A stretch of DNA of 64,000 bases from Eledone cirrhosa. Lineage: Eukaryota. Of the stretch, positions 40,157-51,721 are shown piece by piece. The translations under genes and the position numbers were made by a program. The stretch is from the NCBI GenBank assembly GCA_964016885.1, contig OZ024764.1:28396001-28460000 (forward strand), in the 5' to 3' direction. Positions within the stretch are counted from its first letter, which is position 1. Each line of letters starts with the position of its first letter. Below the pieces are notes generated by a model. That model worked only from the letters and a program-made list of their open reading frames with translations, did not search any database and was not told the DNA's origin.

Positions 40157-40808
40157 AAGAATGAGAAATAAGATATATTGAAGGGACAGGCGGGTTGGAA
40201 TTGGAAAAAATGTCTTTAGATAAAAATAAGAGGTCCATTCATGTTGACATCTCTTGCAAAACTACTGGTGCTGTAATGTGGTCGTGTAGGTAACACGGTA
40301 AAAAGTTCCCAGTCCACACTGTAAATGTGGTTGGTGTTAGGAAGGGCATGCAGCCGTAGAAAACCTGCCAGATAGTCTTACACGAGCAAGACACGGTCAC
40401 CCGACCAATCTTGCCTCAAGTGGGACAATTCCCGTCTAACCCATACTAGTGTGGAAGATAGACATTAAACGATGATGATGATATATATAACGTATAACAC
40501 ACACATGCTTACGCACATGCACAAGTATAGCTCTTTTTACAAAATGTTTTTTTTTCCATTTCAGGTAGACGCACTCCATCATCAAATTTTCTAAAAAATA
40601 AATCATACACAAAACGCCAGCACCAACAGTTTTGCAAGAGATGTCAACATGAATGGACCTGTTATTTTTATCTAAAGACATTTTTTCAAATTCCATCTGT
40701 TGGTGCTGGCGTTTGTGTATGATTTAATTTTTTAGAAAATTTGATGATGGAGTGTGTCTCTATCACATAAGAAATGGAGAATCAGTGGTGCAACAGATAA
40801 GATTTATT

Positions 40809-40906
40809 AGACATATTACAATCGTTTCTCTGGCGACCAGCTTGAGGCACGATCGATGTGGTGATCAAACCTGACTCTGGAAATCGCAAGATCCTCGGAT
40901 ATGTCT
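40809..40906 (-). ncRNA. Type I hammerhead-like motif with long stem II insert and a core variant (CCGAGGA)
   Basis: Minus strand AGACATAT-CCGAGGA-TCTTGCGA...TCGCCAGA-GAAA-CGATTG-TA-ATATGTCT: perfect 8-bp stem I, 7/8 stem II base, GUA triplet. Confidence 0.65.
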
Positions 40907-40929
40907 CAATTCATTTTCATTCATTTCAT

Positions 40930-41257
40930 TTTACGTCTGCTTTTTCTTTCCCTGCTTGCAAGGGTGGGGCGGGAATTGATTTTGGCTTGATTTCTACAGC
41001 TGGATGCCCTCCTTCCTAACACCAACCTCATTTACAGTGAGTGCTGGGTGCTTTTTTGCCGTGGCACCTCCACGACCACTTTGCAGTGGAATGATAGGGA
41101 CCCCAGTCCCTATCATCTCATTTCTACAGCTGAGTAAACTGGAGCAATGTGAAATAAAGTGTCTTGCTCAAGGAAACAACACATCACCCGGTCTGAGAAT
41201 TGAACTCACAACCTTTTGATTGCAAGGCCAATGCTCTAACCACTAAGCCATGTGCCT

Positions 41258-41260
<3 letters not shown>
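40930..41260 (-). mobile_element. Full-length tRNA-derived SINE
   Basis: Reverse copy of 30486-30826. Confidence 0.9.
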
Positions 41261-41300
<40 letters not shown>

Positions 41301-41354
41301 CACACTTACTTATTTATATATATAAGATCAAAAGATGGTTAAAAGAGTTCCATG

Positions 41355-41425
41355 TATTTTATTATGCGCATTTCAAAAACAAATATCATCATGCGATGAC
41401 ATTTGTGTTTTCGTCAGATAAAATA
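41355..41425 (-). ncRNA. Hammerhead ribozyme in the Penelope 3' pLTR (element-sense and NF1-sense)
   Basis: Reverse complement of 44006-44076 (one substitution in stem II). Confidence 0.85.
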
Positions 41426-44005
41426 GGGGTGTTTTCGTCAGATAAAATAGGGAGACATGATATGAAGGTTAAAAAACACTTGTGTGTGAATAGTGCAGTT
41501 TTAAATCAACATATGAAAAGTAGTTTAAGTTTGATGTGTGATATTTGGAAAATGAAAGAGGAGGAGATGAGAGTAAAGAATGGAGGGGGAGGAGTATAAT
41601 AAGGAAGGATGAGATAGGAGGAGAGATGGGTGATAGAGAGAGAGAGATAGCTTTTATAACTGAGAAAAATATATTGTTTTACATAGAGAGGTTAAAAAAC
41701 CGTTGGAAGATAATATATAAATTAAAAGAATTTGAAAATTAATGAATAGAAAAAATTAAGAATAATGTTAAATTAAGGTTTGTATATTGAAGGGTTTAAT
41801 AATATGTGCGATGGAAAGAAATTGTTAATATGTATTAAGAATAATATTAAATTAAGGTTTGAATATTGAAGGGTTTAATAATATGTGCGATGGAAAGAAA
41901 TTGTTGATATGTATTATTAAAATAAAAATAGTAATGTAATTAAGGATATAATGTGAAAAGAAGTAGAAGAGTGGATGAATTATGAATTTAGAGGAATTAG
42001 TTAGTGTTTAAGTTTGTTTTTATGTAATGTAATATGTATGTGTAATATATGTAAATAGTTTGTTTACAAATGAGCGCAGAAAGCAAAGGAGATAGTGTTT
42101 AAGGAAGAGAAGACCTTAACATCAAAATATGTATGTTTATGAAGTATTTCCTAATGGTAATAATATAATGTAATAAAGGAGATTAGTTAGGGTTTAAATT
42201 TGTTTTTATGTATTGTGATGTGTAATATGTAAAAGTTAGACGAGCATGAAAGGGAGAAAAAATACAATTGCAATTAGAGAATTGAGGATGAATAATCTAA
42301 CGTCAAAAAAATGTTTATGTTTACGAAGGATTTTTAAAGGTGATACTATAAAGTATTTAAAAGGGTAATAGTAAGTTTTATGGCCAGTGATAGGATGGAA
42401 GAAGGAAGAGTGGATATATAATGAGAATTGAGAAGTATCTAGGAAGAAAAAGGTGCAGATTAGATGTTAGAAATTAGAAGAAAAAAGGAAAAAAGGAAGA
42501 AAGGGAAGTGATAAATAGGAATGATATAGAATGAGTAACTAGTATTATATAATGTATAATAAATAACATTGAAATAGGGTAGAAAGATGGATATATTTTT
42601 AAAGAAATATATGTATATATATGCCTTTGAGAAAAAGGATTTTAAATTGGTAAAGTATTAGATATTAGCTGTATACTTTATGGAATGTTCTGTGGAATTT
42701 ATGCAAGCAGAGAGAAAAAATAAGTCAGTGCATCTATTATAGAATCTAAATTAGATATAATGGTAAATTTTTCACATAAACAGAGATTACATGTTTTGGA
42801 TAGAGAGGCAGAACAAACTTTCCTCCAAGAGATGTTATAGTTAATATTTTTGTCTTTCAAGGACCATATGAGTTCTGATAGTGCTGTGTTGGTTCTTTTA
42901 AGTTGGTATTTAAAAGACGAATGATGATTATAAAGACGAGCTTTAAAGGAGGTGGAAGTGGAGCCAAAATAGGTAAAGGAATTGGTGTCAGTTATAACTT
43001 TACATTCATAGATTAAGTTTTTTTCAAGACAATGGTTGTTGAGAGGACATTTATTTTTAACAGGGCAATTACAATTGCGATTAGACAAATTAACAGAGTT
43101 ATTAACAAGTGACCTAGTGTTATCTATAGAAGGAATTGGATTGGAGAAGTTGTTTACGATAGGAATAATAGTTTCTTGATTTAGATTGGGATTAAGAACA
43201 TTTAGCGAAGTTGCGTTTGACGTCGTATTTGGGTTTGCAGAAATTAGCCTAGAGTTTACAATGACGTCGGGAGTACTATTACTATTATTATGATATTCAA
43301 TGTTGGAAGGAAGAGATTTAGTATTTAGTATTTTATTGTTGTGTTTAGAGATAATGTTGGAGATATTGGAGGAGGTCGAATAGGAAAATTTTATAGTATG
43401 TTTGTTAAATATTTTACTATAGATATGTGAGGGAGGGAAGCATTTATTTAAGGCACTAAAGAATAATTTAGGAATATTATTATTAATAGAGATGGAGAAA
43501 GGAGCATTATACCAGATTATATTTTTGTATCTAGGTCTTTTATTAAAGTTATAGGAATGATCATGATTAATTATCTTCTAGGATTGGTATTTGATTTTAT
43601 CAGGATAACCGGCTTTAGAAAGCGCGTTATTATAGTAATTGGCGTTAGCATCAAAGATGTTTTTATTAGATGATAGGTTTGATATTCTTTTTCCAATATT
43701 ACTAACTATAGCATTTTTAATGTTAGTGGGGTGGTTCGATTTAAAATTAACATAATTTAGATTCTCATCGTATTTATGGTAAGGGTAATATAGGCCAGTG
43801 TCAAGATTAAGAGATATATCCAAGAAGTTGGCTAGTTTGATGTTATCAAATTCAATTTTTAAGTTATGTTGGTTAAAGAGATCACGTATATTGTTCTTAA
43901 TAATTTTAAGGTTAACTATGTTGCAATTTAAGATAGTAAAAAGTTCATCGTCCCGATAAACTGCACTATTCACAAGTGTTTTTTAACCTTCATATCATGT
44001 CTCCC

Positions 44006-44076
44006 TATTTTATCTGACGAAAACGCAAATGTCATCGCATGATGATATTTGTTTTTGAAATGCGCATAATAAAATA
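44006..44076 (+). ncRNA. Hammerhead ribozyme in the inverted pLTR
   Basis: TATTTTAT-CTGACGA-AAACGCAAATGTCATC-GCAT-GATGATATTTGTTTTT-GAAA-TGCGCA-TA-ATAAAATA: perfect 8-bp stem I, intact core, long stem II, palindromic stem III. Confidence 0.85.
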
Positions 44077-44200
44077 CATGGAACTCTTTTAACCATCTTT
44101 TGATCTTATATTATTATTTATACTCCAGTCCTACAAACTGTAGAGTGCTACTTATCAGATATCTGCATTGCTTTATTGTACTACAATAAAACTCACCTCC

Positions 44201-44269
<69 letters not shown>

Positions 44270-44279
44270 GTATTGGTAA

Positions 44280-46200
44280 ACGGAATAGAAAATGCTGACA
44301 AATTGTTCACAGTGAAAAATAGTTTAATTAGGAATAAGTGAGAATTAGTAATAGTATTGGTTAGTATTCAGTTTTGGTTTTAAGTTTTACCGGTTGCGCA
44401 TTTCTAATGCTTTTCAAAAATAATTTTTAGATAGAGCGTCCGTGATGTTTGCTCTGATCTGATTAGTTTTGGGAATTCTACCTGTTTTTATGTTAAAAAA
44501 GTGGCTCCAGCGGTATTAAAATAAGTTTTGCGGCAATTCGTGTTGCAAAAATTCTTGTGGTCAAAACAATTTTGATTGGTCGGTAGAGGTCATGTGAATG
44601 TAAAAAATTGATTTTGCGCCAAATGTAGGTTTGTGTCGGCTGACTGAGAAATAAGTCTTTCACAACAAATATGTGTGGTGTGTGTGTGTAGTAGTAGTAA
44701 AGAGGTTCGTTGTTGTGGTAATGGTCAGCAGGAATGTGTGTGCGAACCGCAGCCTGTTGACAGTTCAAATGCCTATTAAGACAAGTGTGTGTGTGTGTGT
44801 GTGTAGCAGAGTAATTTGTGGTAGAGGGATGGTCAGTAGGAATGTGTCTGTAAGTGTGTGGGGGATATTTTAACATGTTAAAAGATATTTTTTCAGCTCT
44901 TGTCTTATACGGAGAAGTGTGTGTGTGTGTGTGTATGTCTCTTTGTATGTTAATGTACGCATGTGTATGTGTGTGTGTATATGTGTGTGGGTGGACCAGT
45001 ATTTTATTTCTGGTAAAATGGTGTACATTATTCGATATTTTCAGTAAAATCGATTCTCTCAATAGAACATCAAAAAACTTAATAATAAAAGGTGTGAAAT
45101 GATATATAGTATTGGCATCATACCAAGGTGTGTGTGAGTGTGTCCAGATTGTACGTACTGCAAGGGGGATCCATTAAGCCTTGCTGTATTGGAATACCTG
45201 TGCACAAATATGTATCTGGAGTGTGTCCAGATTGTACGTACTGCAAGGGGAATTCATTAGGCCTTGCCATCTTGGAATACCTGTGCACAAATATGTATGT
45301 GCCCATCAGTGTGCAATGCATGTGTGCGTTTATGTATGTGTGTGTGTCGGCACGTTTATATCTATAGACATCAAAAGGTATGCAAATTTGTGTATATTTG
45401 TGTTGCACCATAGAACATGTGTGTTTACGTATGTCATTGTGTTTATATGTGAGTAGAGATGTATGCTTATGTAGGTATGTATGTTGACGTGTGTATGTTG
45501 TGGGTTCGTCTTAGGGAGAAGTGTTTAGACGGGGTCCGTATTTGTTAATAAAGTAAGATTCCTTGCTGATGCGCTGGGTGTGGGTGGCATTATCTTTAAA
45601 TTTGTAGAGGGGAAAGATTCTGAAGTTGGGATGATTTTGGGCGGCACAGGTATCAATGTGTTCACTCAGTGGTATTTTCCTGTATTCCCGTATTTTAATT
45701 TGGGATCTATGGACAGTCATGCGTTGGCGGAGGCTGTTTTTGGTCTGGCCTATGTATTGTTCTCGACAACCTGAGCAAGTTAATACATATATTAGATTTT
45801 CTGATGCGCATGTGAAATTGTGTTTTACTATAAAACGTTGTCCTTCTTTGAAATAGAATTCCAAACCCTCTATTAGGTTGATGCAAATGCCACAGTTGGG
45901 TCTATCGCATTTTTTTACTGTGGGTTTCGTTGCTGTGGTTGGCAGTACTTTGGCATGTGTTAGGATGTTTTTCATTGACTTAGATTGTCTTTTGCTCTTT
46001 ATGATATCGTGTGTTCGTAGGATTTGGTTCATTCTATGGTCCTTTTTCAATACAGGGATGTTCTGGAGGATGGTGTCAAAGGCCTCATTGTTGAGGGGGG
46101 TTGTGTGTGGAGATGTATGGAAGAGCTTTTAGTTTCGGTTGATTTACTTTAGGGTGTCTAAGGTCCTGGGTACTGAGTTTTAGGGCATGTTGGATTCAAT
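44280..46200 (-). mobile_element. Second Penelope-like element fragment (Neptune-type GIY-YIG ORF 45511-46050 plus probable 3' region)
   Basis: KCDRPNCGIC...FTCASENLIYVLTCSGCREQYIGQT...LRQRMTVH...HIDTC...RISKESYFI...RLN; extent of the 3' region is uncertain. Confidence 0.8.
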
Positions 46201-46316
46201 GTATATATATATATATATATATATATACATACACACACACACACACACACACATGTGGAGTGGAGTGGAGTGGGATGAGGTGTGGTAGAGATAGATTGAA
46301 GTCGAGTGACACTCAC

Positions 46317-46434
46317 CGTCGAGTGAATTATTGAAAGACAACATAAGTAAGTATCGTGCCAGGATGGCAATGTCATCCCACATGAGGTGCTGTTCCAGGG
46401 TGTGGGTTGGTGACACACCTGTCTTCTCGATGAG
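46317..46434 (-). CDS. NF1: Neurofibromin exon: LIEKTGVSPTHTLEQHLMWDDIAILARYLLMLSFNNSLD(V)
   Basis: CAG|CTC...G|GTGAGT, 118 nt; matches human SPTPTLEQHLMWDDIAILARYMLMLSFNNSLD. Confidence 0.98.
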
Positions 46435-46711
46435 CTGAAATATTGGACAGAGACACAGGTCAGTGCGGGGGAGGGAGAGAGGTCAGACATTTTATGGGAG
46501 GGGGGGTTTATATGACAATGACAACAACAACAGTAACAACAACAGTAAAATCAACATCCATCACTGGCTCTATCCTTCCCCAACACATGACCCAGCCATC
46601 TCATTCCCTTTCTCTTCACAATATCTACCACTGACTCTATTTGCACCACTCACTTTCTTCCACCCTTCCTCAGCACATGACCCAGCCAACTCATCAAAAA
46701 AGAAGCCATAC

Positions 46712-46831
46712 CTTGCATAATCGGCCGATAACCTTCCGTGACACAAGTTGAACATTGGCTGATGTTAAAGCTACTGCGGTATCTGCCATGATCTCAGCCT
46801 GGATAGAACCCAGACCTCCAGTTACACTTCG
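46712..46831 (-). CDS. NF1: Neurofibromin exon: RSVTGGLGSIQAEIMADTAVALTSANVQLVSRKVIGRLCK
   Basis: CAG|CGA...AAG|GTATGG, 120 nt; matches human TGGLGSIKAEVMADTAVALASGNV. Confidence 0.98.
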
Positions 46832-46857
46832 CTGTAAAACAACAATGGAAATATATA

Positions 46858-47512
46858 GATAGAACCCAGACCTCCAGTTACATTTTACTGTAGTATAACA
46901 AATATATAGATAGAACTCAGACCTCCAGTTACATTTTACTGTAGTATAACAAATATATAGATAGAACTCAGACCTCCAGTTACATTTTACTGTAGTATAA
47001 CAAATATATAGATAGAACTCAGACCTCCAGTTACATTTTACTGTAGTATAACAAATATATAGATAGAACTCAGACCTCCAGTTACATTTTACTGTAGTAT
47101 AACAAATATATAGATAGAACTCAGACCTCCAGTTACATTTTACTGTAGCATAACAAATATATAGATAGAAGGTGTAGGCGCCACGAAAAAGCACCCAGCA
47201 CTCACTGTAAATGAGGTTGGTGTTAGGAAGGGCATCCAGCTGTAGAAATCAAGCCAGATCAGTTCCTGTATGAGCAAGGCATGGTCAGCCGACCAGACAC
47301 TGCCCACAACAGGACAACCCGTCTAACCCATGCTAGCGTGGAAGAACGGACGTAAAACGGTGATGATGATGATGATGATGATGAACTCAGACCTCCAGTT
47401 ACATTTTACTGTAGCATAACAAATATATAGATAGAACTCAGACCTCCAGTTACATTTTACTGTAGTATAACAAATATATAGATAGACGTCCAGACCTCCA
47501 GTTAGAACCCAG
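46858..47512 (-). repeat. 51-bp minisatellite (~9 copies) copied from the acceptor and first 30 nt of the NF1 exon, interrupted by a SINE (47171-47382)
   Basis: Unit GATAGAACTCAGACCTCCAGTTACATTTTACTGTAGTATAACAAATATATA vs exon/intron junction GATAGAACCCAGACCTCCAGTTACACTTCGCTGTAAAAC. Confidence 0.92.
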
Positions 47513-47577
47513 AGAGCTGAAATACAGCAAACCATTCTATCTGGTGTTCGAATGACTCTACCAATTTGCTGTCTCTA

Positions 47578-48322
47578 AGGCATTAGGAAAGGCATCCAGC
47601 CATAGAAAACCAGCTAGAAACTCTCCTATATGAGCGAGACACAGTCACCCGACCCAACTTGCCTCTAAATGGGACAAACCTATCTAACCCATGCTAGCGA
47701 GGAAGATAAACGTTAATTGATGATGATGATGATGAAAAGGAGGGGACACTTACTTAAAGCCAAACCCAATAAAAATATAAATAAAAACTGTAAGGTCATG
47801 TAGGTATCACAAAAAATCACCCAGCCCACACTGTAAAGTGGTCATATAGGTGTCATGACAAAAAGTACCCAGTCCACACTGTAAAGTGGTCATGTAGGTG
47901 TCACAACAAAAAGCACCCAGCTCACACTGTAAAGTGGTCATGTAGGTGTCACGAAGAAAGCACTCTGCCCACACTGTAAAGTGGTCATGTAGGTGTCACG
48001 AAGAAAGCACTCTGCCCACACTGTAAAGTGGTCATGTAGGTGTCACGAAAAAAGCACCCAGTACACACTGTAAAGTGGTCATGTAGGTGTCACGAAGAAA
48101 GCACTCTGCCCACACTGTAAAGTGGTCATGTAGGTGTCACGAAAAAAGCACCCAGTCCACACTGTAAATGTGGCTGGCGTTAGGAAGAGCATCCAGCTGT
48201 AGAAATCAATCCAGTAACAGCTCTATATGAGCAAAAAATGGTCACCTGACCCATTTGCCTCAAATTGGACGACCTGTCAAACCCATGCTAGCGTGGAAAG
48301 TGGACGTTAAATGATGATTATG
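47578..48322 (+). mobile_element. Two SINE 3' parts, the second with an internal ~47-bp tandem expansion
   Basis: CACACTGTAAAGTGGTCATGTAGGTGTCACG repeated about 7-8 times, then the RTE-like tail and (GAT)n. Confidence 0.8.
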
Positions 48323-48428
48323 CTCTTAAAACCCAGTTAAAGAAGAAGGTATTATTTTTGTTTTACATTTGAAAAGAGGGTCATAAGCCTGAAATATCAT
48401 GTTCTTGAATTAATATATATCAACATAC

Positions 48429-48515
48429 CTTGATGAAACTATCAAGCACCATGTCCAATAACTCTGCTACCTGCCCTATGTTTCCCCAGATCTTAGCCTG
48501 GATAGATGGATACAT
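48429..48515 (-). CDS. NF1: Neurofibromin exon: MYPSIQAKIWGNIGQVAELLDMVLDSFIK
   Basis: CAG|ATG...AAG|GTATGT, 87 nt; matches human MYPSIQAKIWGSLGQITDLLDVVLDSFIK. Confidence 0.98.
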
Positions 48516-48679
48516 CTGCAACAGAAATCAGTAATGAGAGCTAATGAGAGAATTAATAACTAGCTTTAGTGAGAAATGTTTTATGTGACATTTTTTTTTT
48601 TTTTACTAAATGTTGCATATATATGGTTGCTAACACTTAACATCCTGTAATGACTTAACAGAAAATATTTTAAAACATC

Positions 48680-49042
48680 TTTATAGTATCTATACTTGTG
48701 GAAAGATTGTTGTGAAAATTTACAGTATTACAGTAAATACTTTAATATTTAATGTGATGTAGTCATAGTGTTGTTTTGTACTAAATGTTTATAGTATCTT
48801 TACTGGTGGACAGATTGTTGTGAATATTTACAGTATTACAGTAAATACTTTAATATTTAATGTGATGTAGTCATAGTGTTGTTTTGTACTAAATGTTTAT
48901 AGTATCTTTACTGGTGGACAGATTGTTGTGAAAATTTACAGTATTACAGTAAAGACTTTAATATTTAATGTGATGTAGTCATAGTGTTGTTTTGTACTAA
49001 ATGTTTATAGTATCTTTACTGGTGGACAGATTGTTGTGAAAA
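48680..49042. repeat. 108-bp tandem repeat (~3.3 copies)
   Basis: CAGTATTACAGTAAA at 48723, 48831 and 48939. Confidence 0.85.
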
Positions 49043-49396
49043 CCTTTCAAGACACACATATATATACAAAGACATACACACATATATACAAAGACATATA
49101 TATATATATATATACAAAGACACACACACATATATACAAAGACATATATATATATATCCAAAACACACACACACATATATATCCAAAGACACACACACAT
49201 AGACACACAGAGATACACACACACACATATATATATATACATTCACACACACACATATAAACAAAGACACACTCACACAGACAGACACACACACAGATAC
49301 ACACGTACAGAGATACACACATACAAAAACAGAGAGAATAAGCCGAACAAAAAGAGAGAGAGATCAATTATGTGAGTTATTAATTAACTAACGAAC

Positions 49397-49484
49397 CTCA
49401 ACCTCCTCTATCGTCATAGTAATTAATTTATCCCAGATCAGTGCCACCTTCTGGCGTTTGTTTTCATCAGCTGGTTTACAAAAC
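49397..49484 (-). CDS. NF1: Neurofibromin exon: (R)FCKPADENKRQKVALIWDKLITMTIEEVE
   Basis: AAG|G...GAG|GTTCGT, 88 nt; matches human RFCKHNDDAKRQRVTAILDKLITMT. Confidence 0.95.
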
Positions 49485-49507
49485 CTTGAAACGAGAGAAA
49501 CATACAA

Positions 49508-50222
49508 TATTATAATAATAATAATAATAATGAAAATTATTGTGTACAGTTCTCAGGTACACTACAACTCATCAAAGGTGCATGTATAGTACATAGAATA
49601 ATGTACAAATGTCAGGAGAGTGAATAGTGTACGAGTCATGATATACATGTGTATGTGTGTATGGAGGGGGAATATTAGGTGTAGTGTTGGCGAATCTCAG
49701 GAAGGATGGAGGTTTTAAAGGATGCTGTGTCTCGACAGCTAACAACTGATGCAGGTAGTTTGTTCCATGGAGGTTTTAAAAGATGCAGTGTCTCGACAGC
49801 TAACAACTGATGCAGGTAGTTTGTTCCATGGATGTTTTAAAGGATGCAGTGTCTTGACAGCTAACAACTGATGCAGGTAGTTTGTTCCATGGAGGTTTTA
49901 AAGGATGCAGTGTCTAGACAGCTAACAACTGATGCAGGGAGTTTGTTCCATGGAGGTTTTAAAGGATGCAGTGTCTCGACAGCTAACAACTGATGCAGGG
50001 AGTTTGTTCCACGCTTCAGCAACTCTGAGCGTGAAGAAATGTTTCCGAAATTCATAGGGGCTGTGCTGTTTTCTGACTTTGTAGGCATGCCCACATGTGT
50101 TAGACACATGGAAATCAAAAAGGTGCTCAGGGTTGTTGTTGGCAAGATCGTTAATAATTTTGTGGATGTTTACCAAGTCAGTTGCCAGACGTCGGAGCTT
50201 CAATGTATCCATGCCCATGCAG
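49508..50222 (-). mobile_element. CR1-like LINE 3' fragment with an internal ~61-bp tandem expansion and (TTA)n tail
   Basis: LRRLATDL...TCGHAYKVRK...RKHFFTLRVAEAWNKLPASVV...SFK is a typical CR1/L2 ORF2 C-terminus; the WNKLP..SFK segment is repeated about 5 times. Confidence 0.85.
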
Positions 50223-50247
50223 TTTTAGCATAACAAATCATGTAGTC

Positions 50248-50470
50248 CAGGCATGTCAAACTGAGGGTCCCCCGAGGGCCTCATGGATCACATATGTGTT
50301 GTCCGAGGGCCACATGTATGTTGTCTGAGGGCCACACACGACAACTAATTGCGCACATTACAACAAATTTTTTTAATTTTATATTACGAAGATAAAACAT
50401 GCTTGCGCTGTAAAAACCTTTATGCTGGCCGCAGGTGTGGTTGTAAGAGGCCACATGCTAATTATGCCTG
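50248..50470. mobile_element. hAT-like MITE
   Basis: CAGGCATGTCAAAC ... TATGCCTG termini; imperfect 8-bp TSD ATGTAGTC/ATGTAGAT; internal GAGGGCC(AC) repeats. Confidence 0.6.
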
Positions 50471-50715
50471 ATGTAGATGACCACCACTAGGGAAGCTGTC
50501 AATGTTTTTAACACAACTGAAGGGTTCTCCAAAACTTATTTTGTAGGTTATCTATGACTGGATACCCTTTACACCTACCCGACCACTTTATAGTGTGGAC
50601 TGAATGTTCTGTGGTACCAACATAACTTTACAGAGAAAGGGTGTGTGTGAGGAAGTGGCAGGATGGAGTAGGGGTGTGGGGTGTATTTTGGGTTAATAGG
50701 TGCCTACTATATATA

Positions 50716-51558
50716 TCATCATCATCATCGTTTAACGTCCATCTTCCACGCTAGCATGGGTTAGACGGTTTTGTTCCACTTGATGCGGGAATGGTCGGGA
50801 GACCGTGTCTCACTCATACGGAAGTGTCTCTAGCAGGTTTCTTTCACAGCTGGATGCCCTTCCTAACACCAACCACTTTACAGTGTGGACTGGGAGCCTT
50901 TTTACTGTGTCTCCTACATGACCACTTTACAGTGTGGACTGGGAGCCTTTTTACTGTGTCCCCTACACGACCACTTTACAGTGTGGACTGGGAGCCTTTT
51001 TACCGTGTCTCCTTCATGACCACTTTACAGAGTGGACTGGGAGCCTTTTTACTGTGTCCCCTACACGACCACTTTACAGTGTGGACTGGGAGCCTTTTTA
51101 CTGTGTCTCCTACATGACCACTTTACAGTGTGGACTGGGAGCCTTTTTACTGTGTCTCCTACATGACCACTTTACAGAGTGGACTGGGAGCCTTTTTACT
51201 GTGTTTCCTACATGACCACCTTACAGGGTGGACTGGGAGCCTTTTTACTGTGTCTCCTACATGACCACTTTACAGAGTGGACTGGGAGCCTTTTTACTGT
51301 GTTTCCTACATGACCACCTTACAGGGTGGACTGGGAGCCTTTTTACTGTGTCCCCTACACGACCACTTTACAGTGTGGACTGGGAGCCTTTTTACCGTGT
51401 CTCCTTCATGACCACTTTACAGTGTGGACTGGGAGCCTTTTTACTGTGTCTCCTTCATGACCACTTTACAGTGTGGACTGGGAGCCTTTTTACCGTGTCT
51501 CCTTCATGACCACTTTACAGTGTGGACTGGGAGCCTTTTTACTGTGTCTCCTACATGG
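50716..51558 (-). mobile_element. SINE with an internal 49-bp tandem array (~14 copies, 50873-51555)
   Basis: Unit CACTTTACAGTGTGGACTGGGAGCCTTTTTACTGTGTCTCCTACATGAC attached to the SINE tail. Confidence 0.88.
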
Positions 51559-51721
51559 CGGACTGTTGTGTCAACGACACAGTGGACGAAACGGGAGAGG
51601 GAGGATGAGGTAGGGTGTGACGGTGGGGTTTACATTGGGTTAAGAGGTGTCTACTGACTGTAGGTTTGTATGCAATGGTATACACACACGTTTTAACGAC
51701 TCTTCTAGCAATGAGTTTTCT

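Larger units (their letters stand above)
41321..44110 (-). mobile_element. 5'-truncated Penelope-like retroelement (Naiad-type RT + GIY-YIG) with inverted pseudo-LTR
   Basis: One frame from ~43957 to 42699 with a single TAG at 43578: YRDD...FLDISLNL...NYVNFKSNHP...IIWYNAPFS...CNC-CPL-CL-NLIY...YFGST...FKARLYNH...CNLCLCEK. 41321-41501 and 43958-44110 are inverted copies. Confidence 0.9.

Noticed and set aside
43578-43580. In-frame TAG in the Penelope ORF as programmed recoding (Sec or A-to-I)
   Set aside because: It is UAG rather than UGA, lies in a variable linker, and the copy is 5'-truncated; an ordinary nonsense mutation is simpler.
44381-44420. Hammerhead-like motif at the 3' end of the second Penelope fragment (minus TTGAAAA-GCAT-TAGAA-ATGC-GCAA-CCGG-TA)
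   Set aside because: Three core positions deviate from consensus; treated as a probable dead relic, not listed as a feature.
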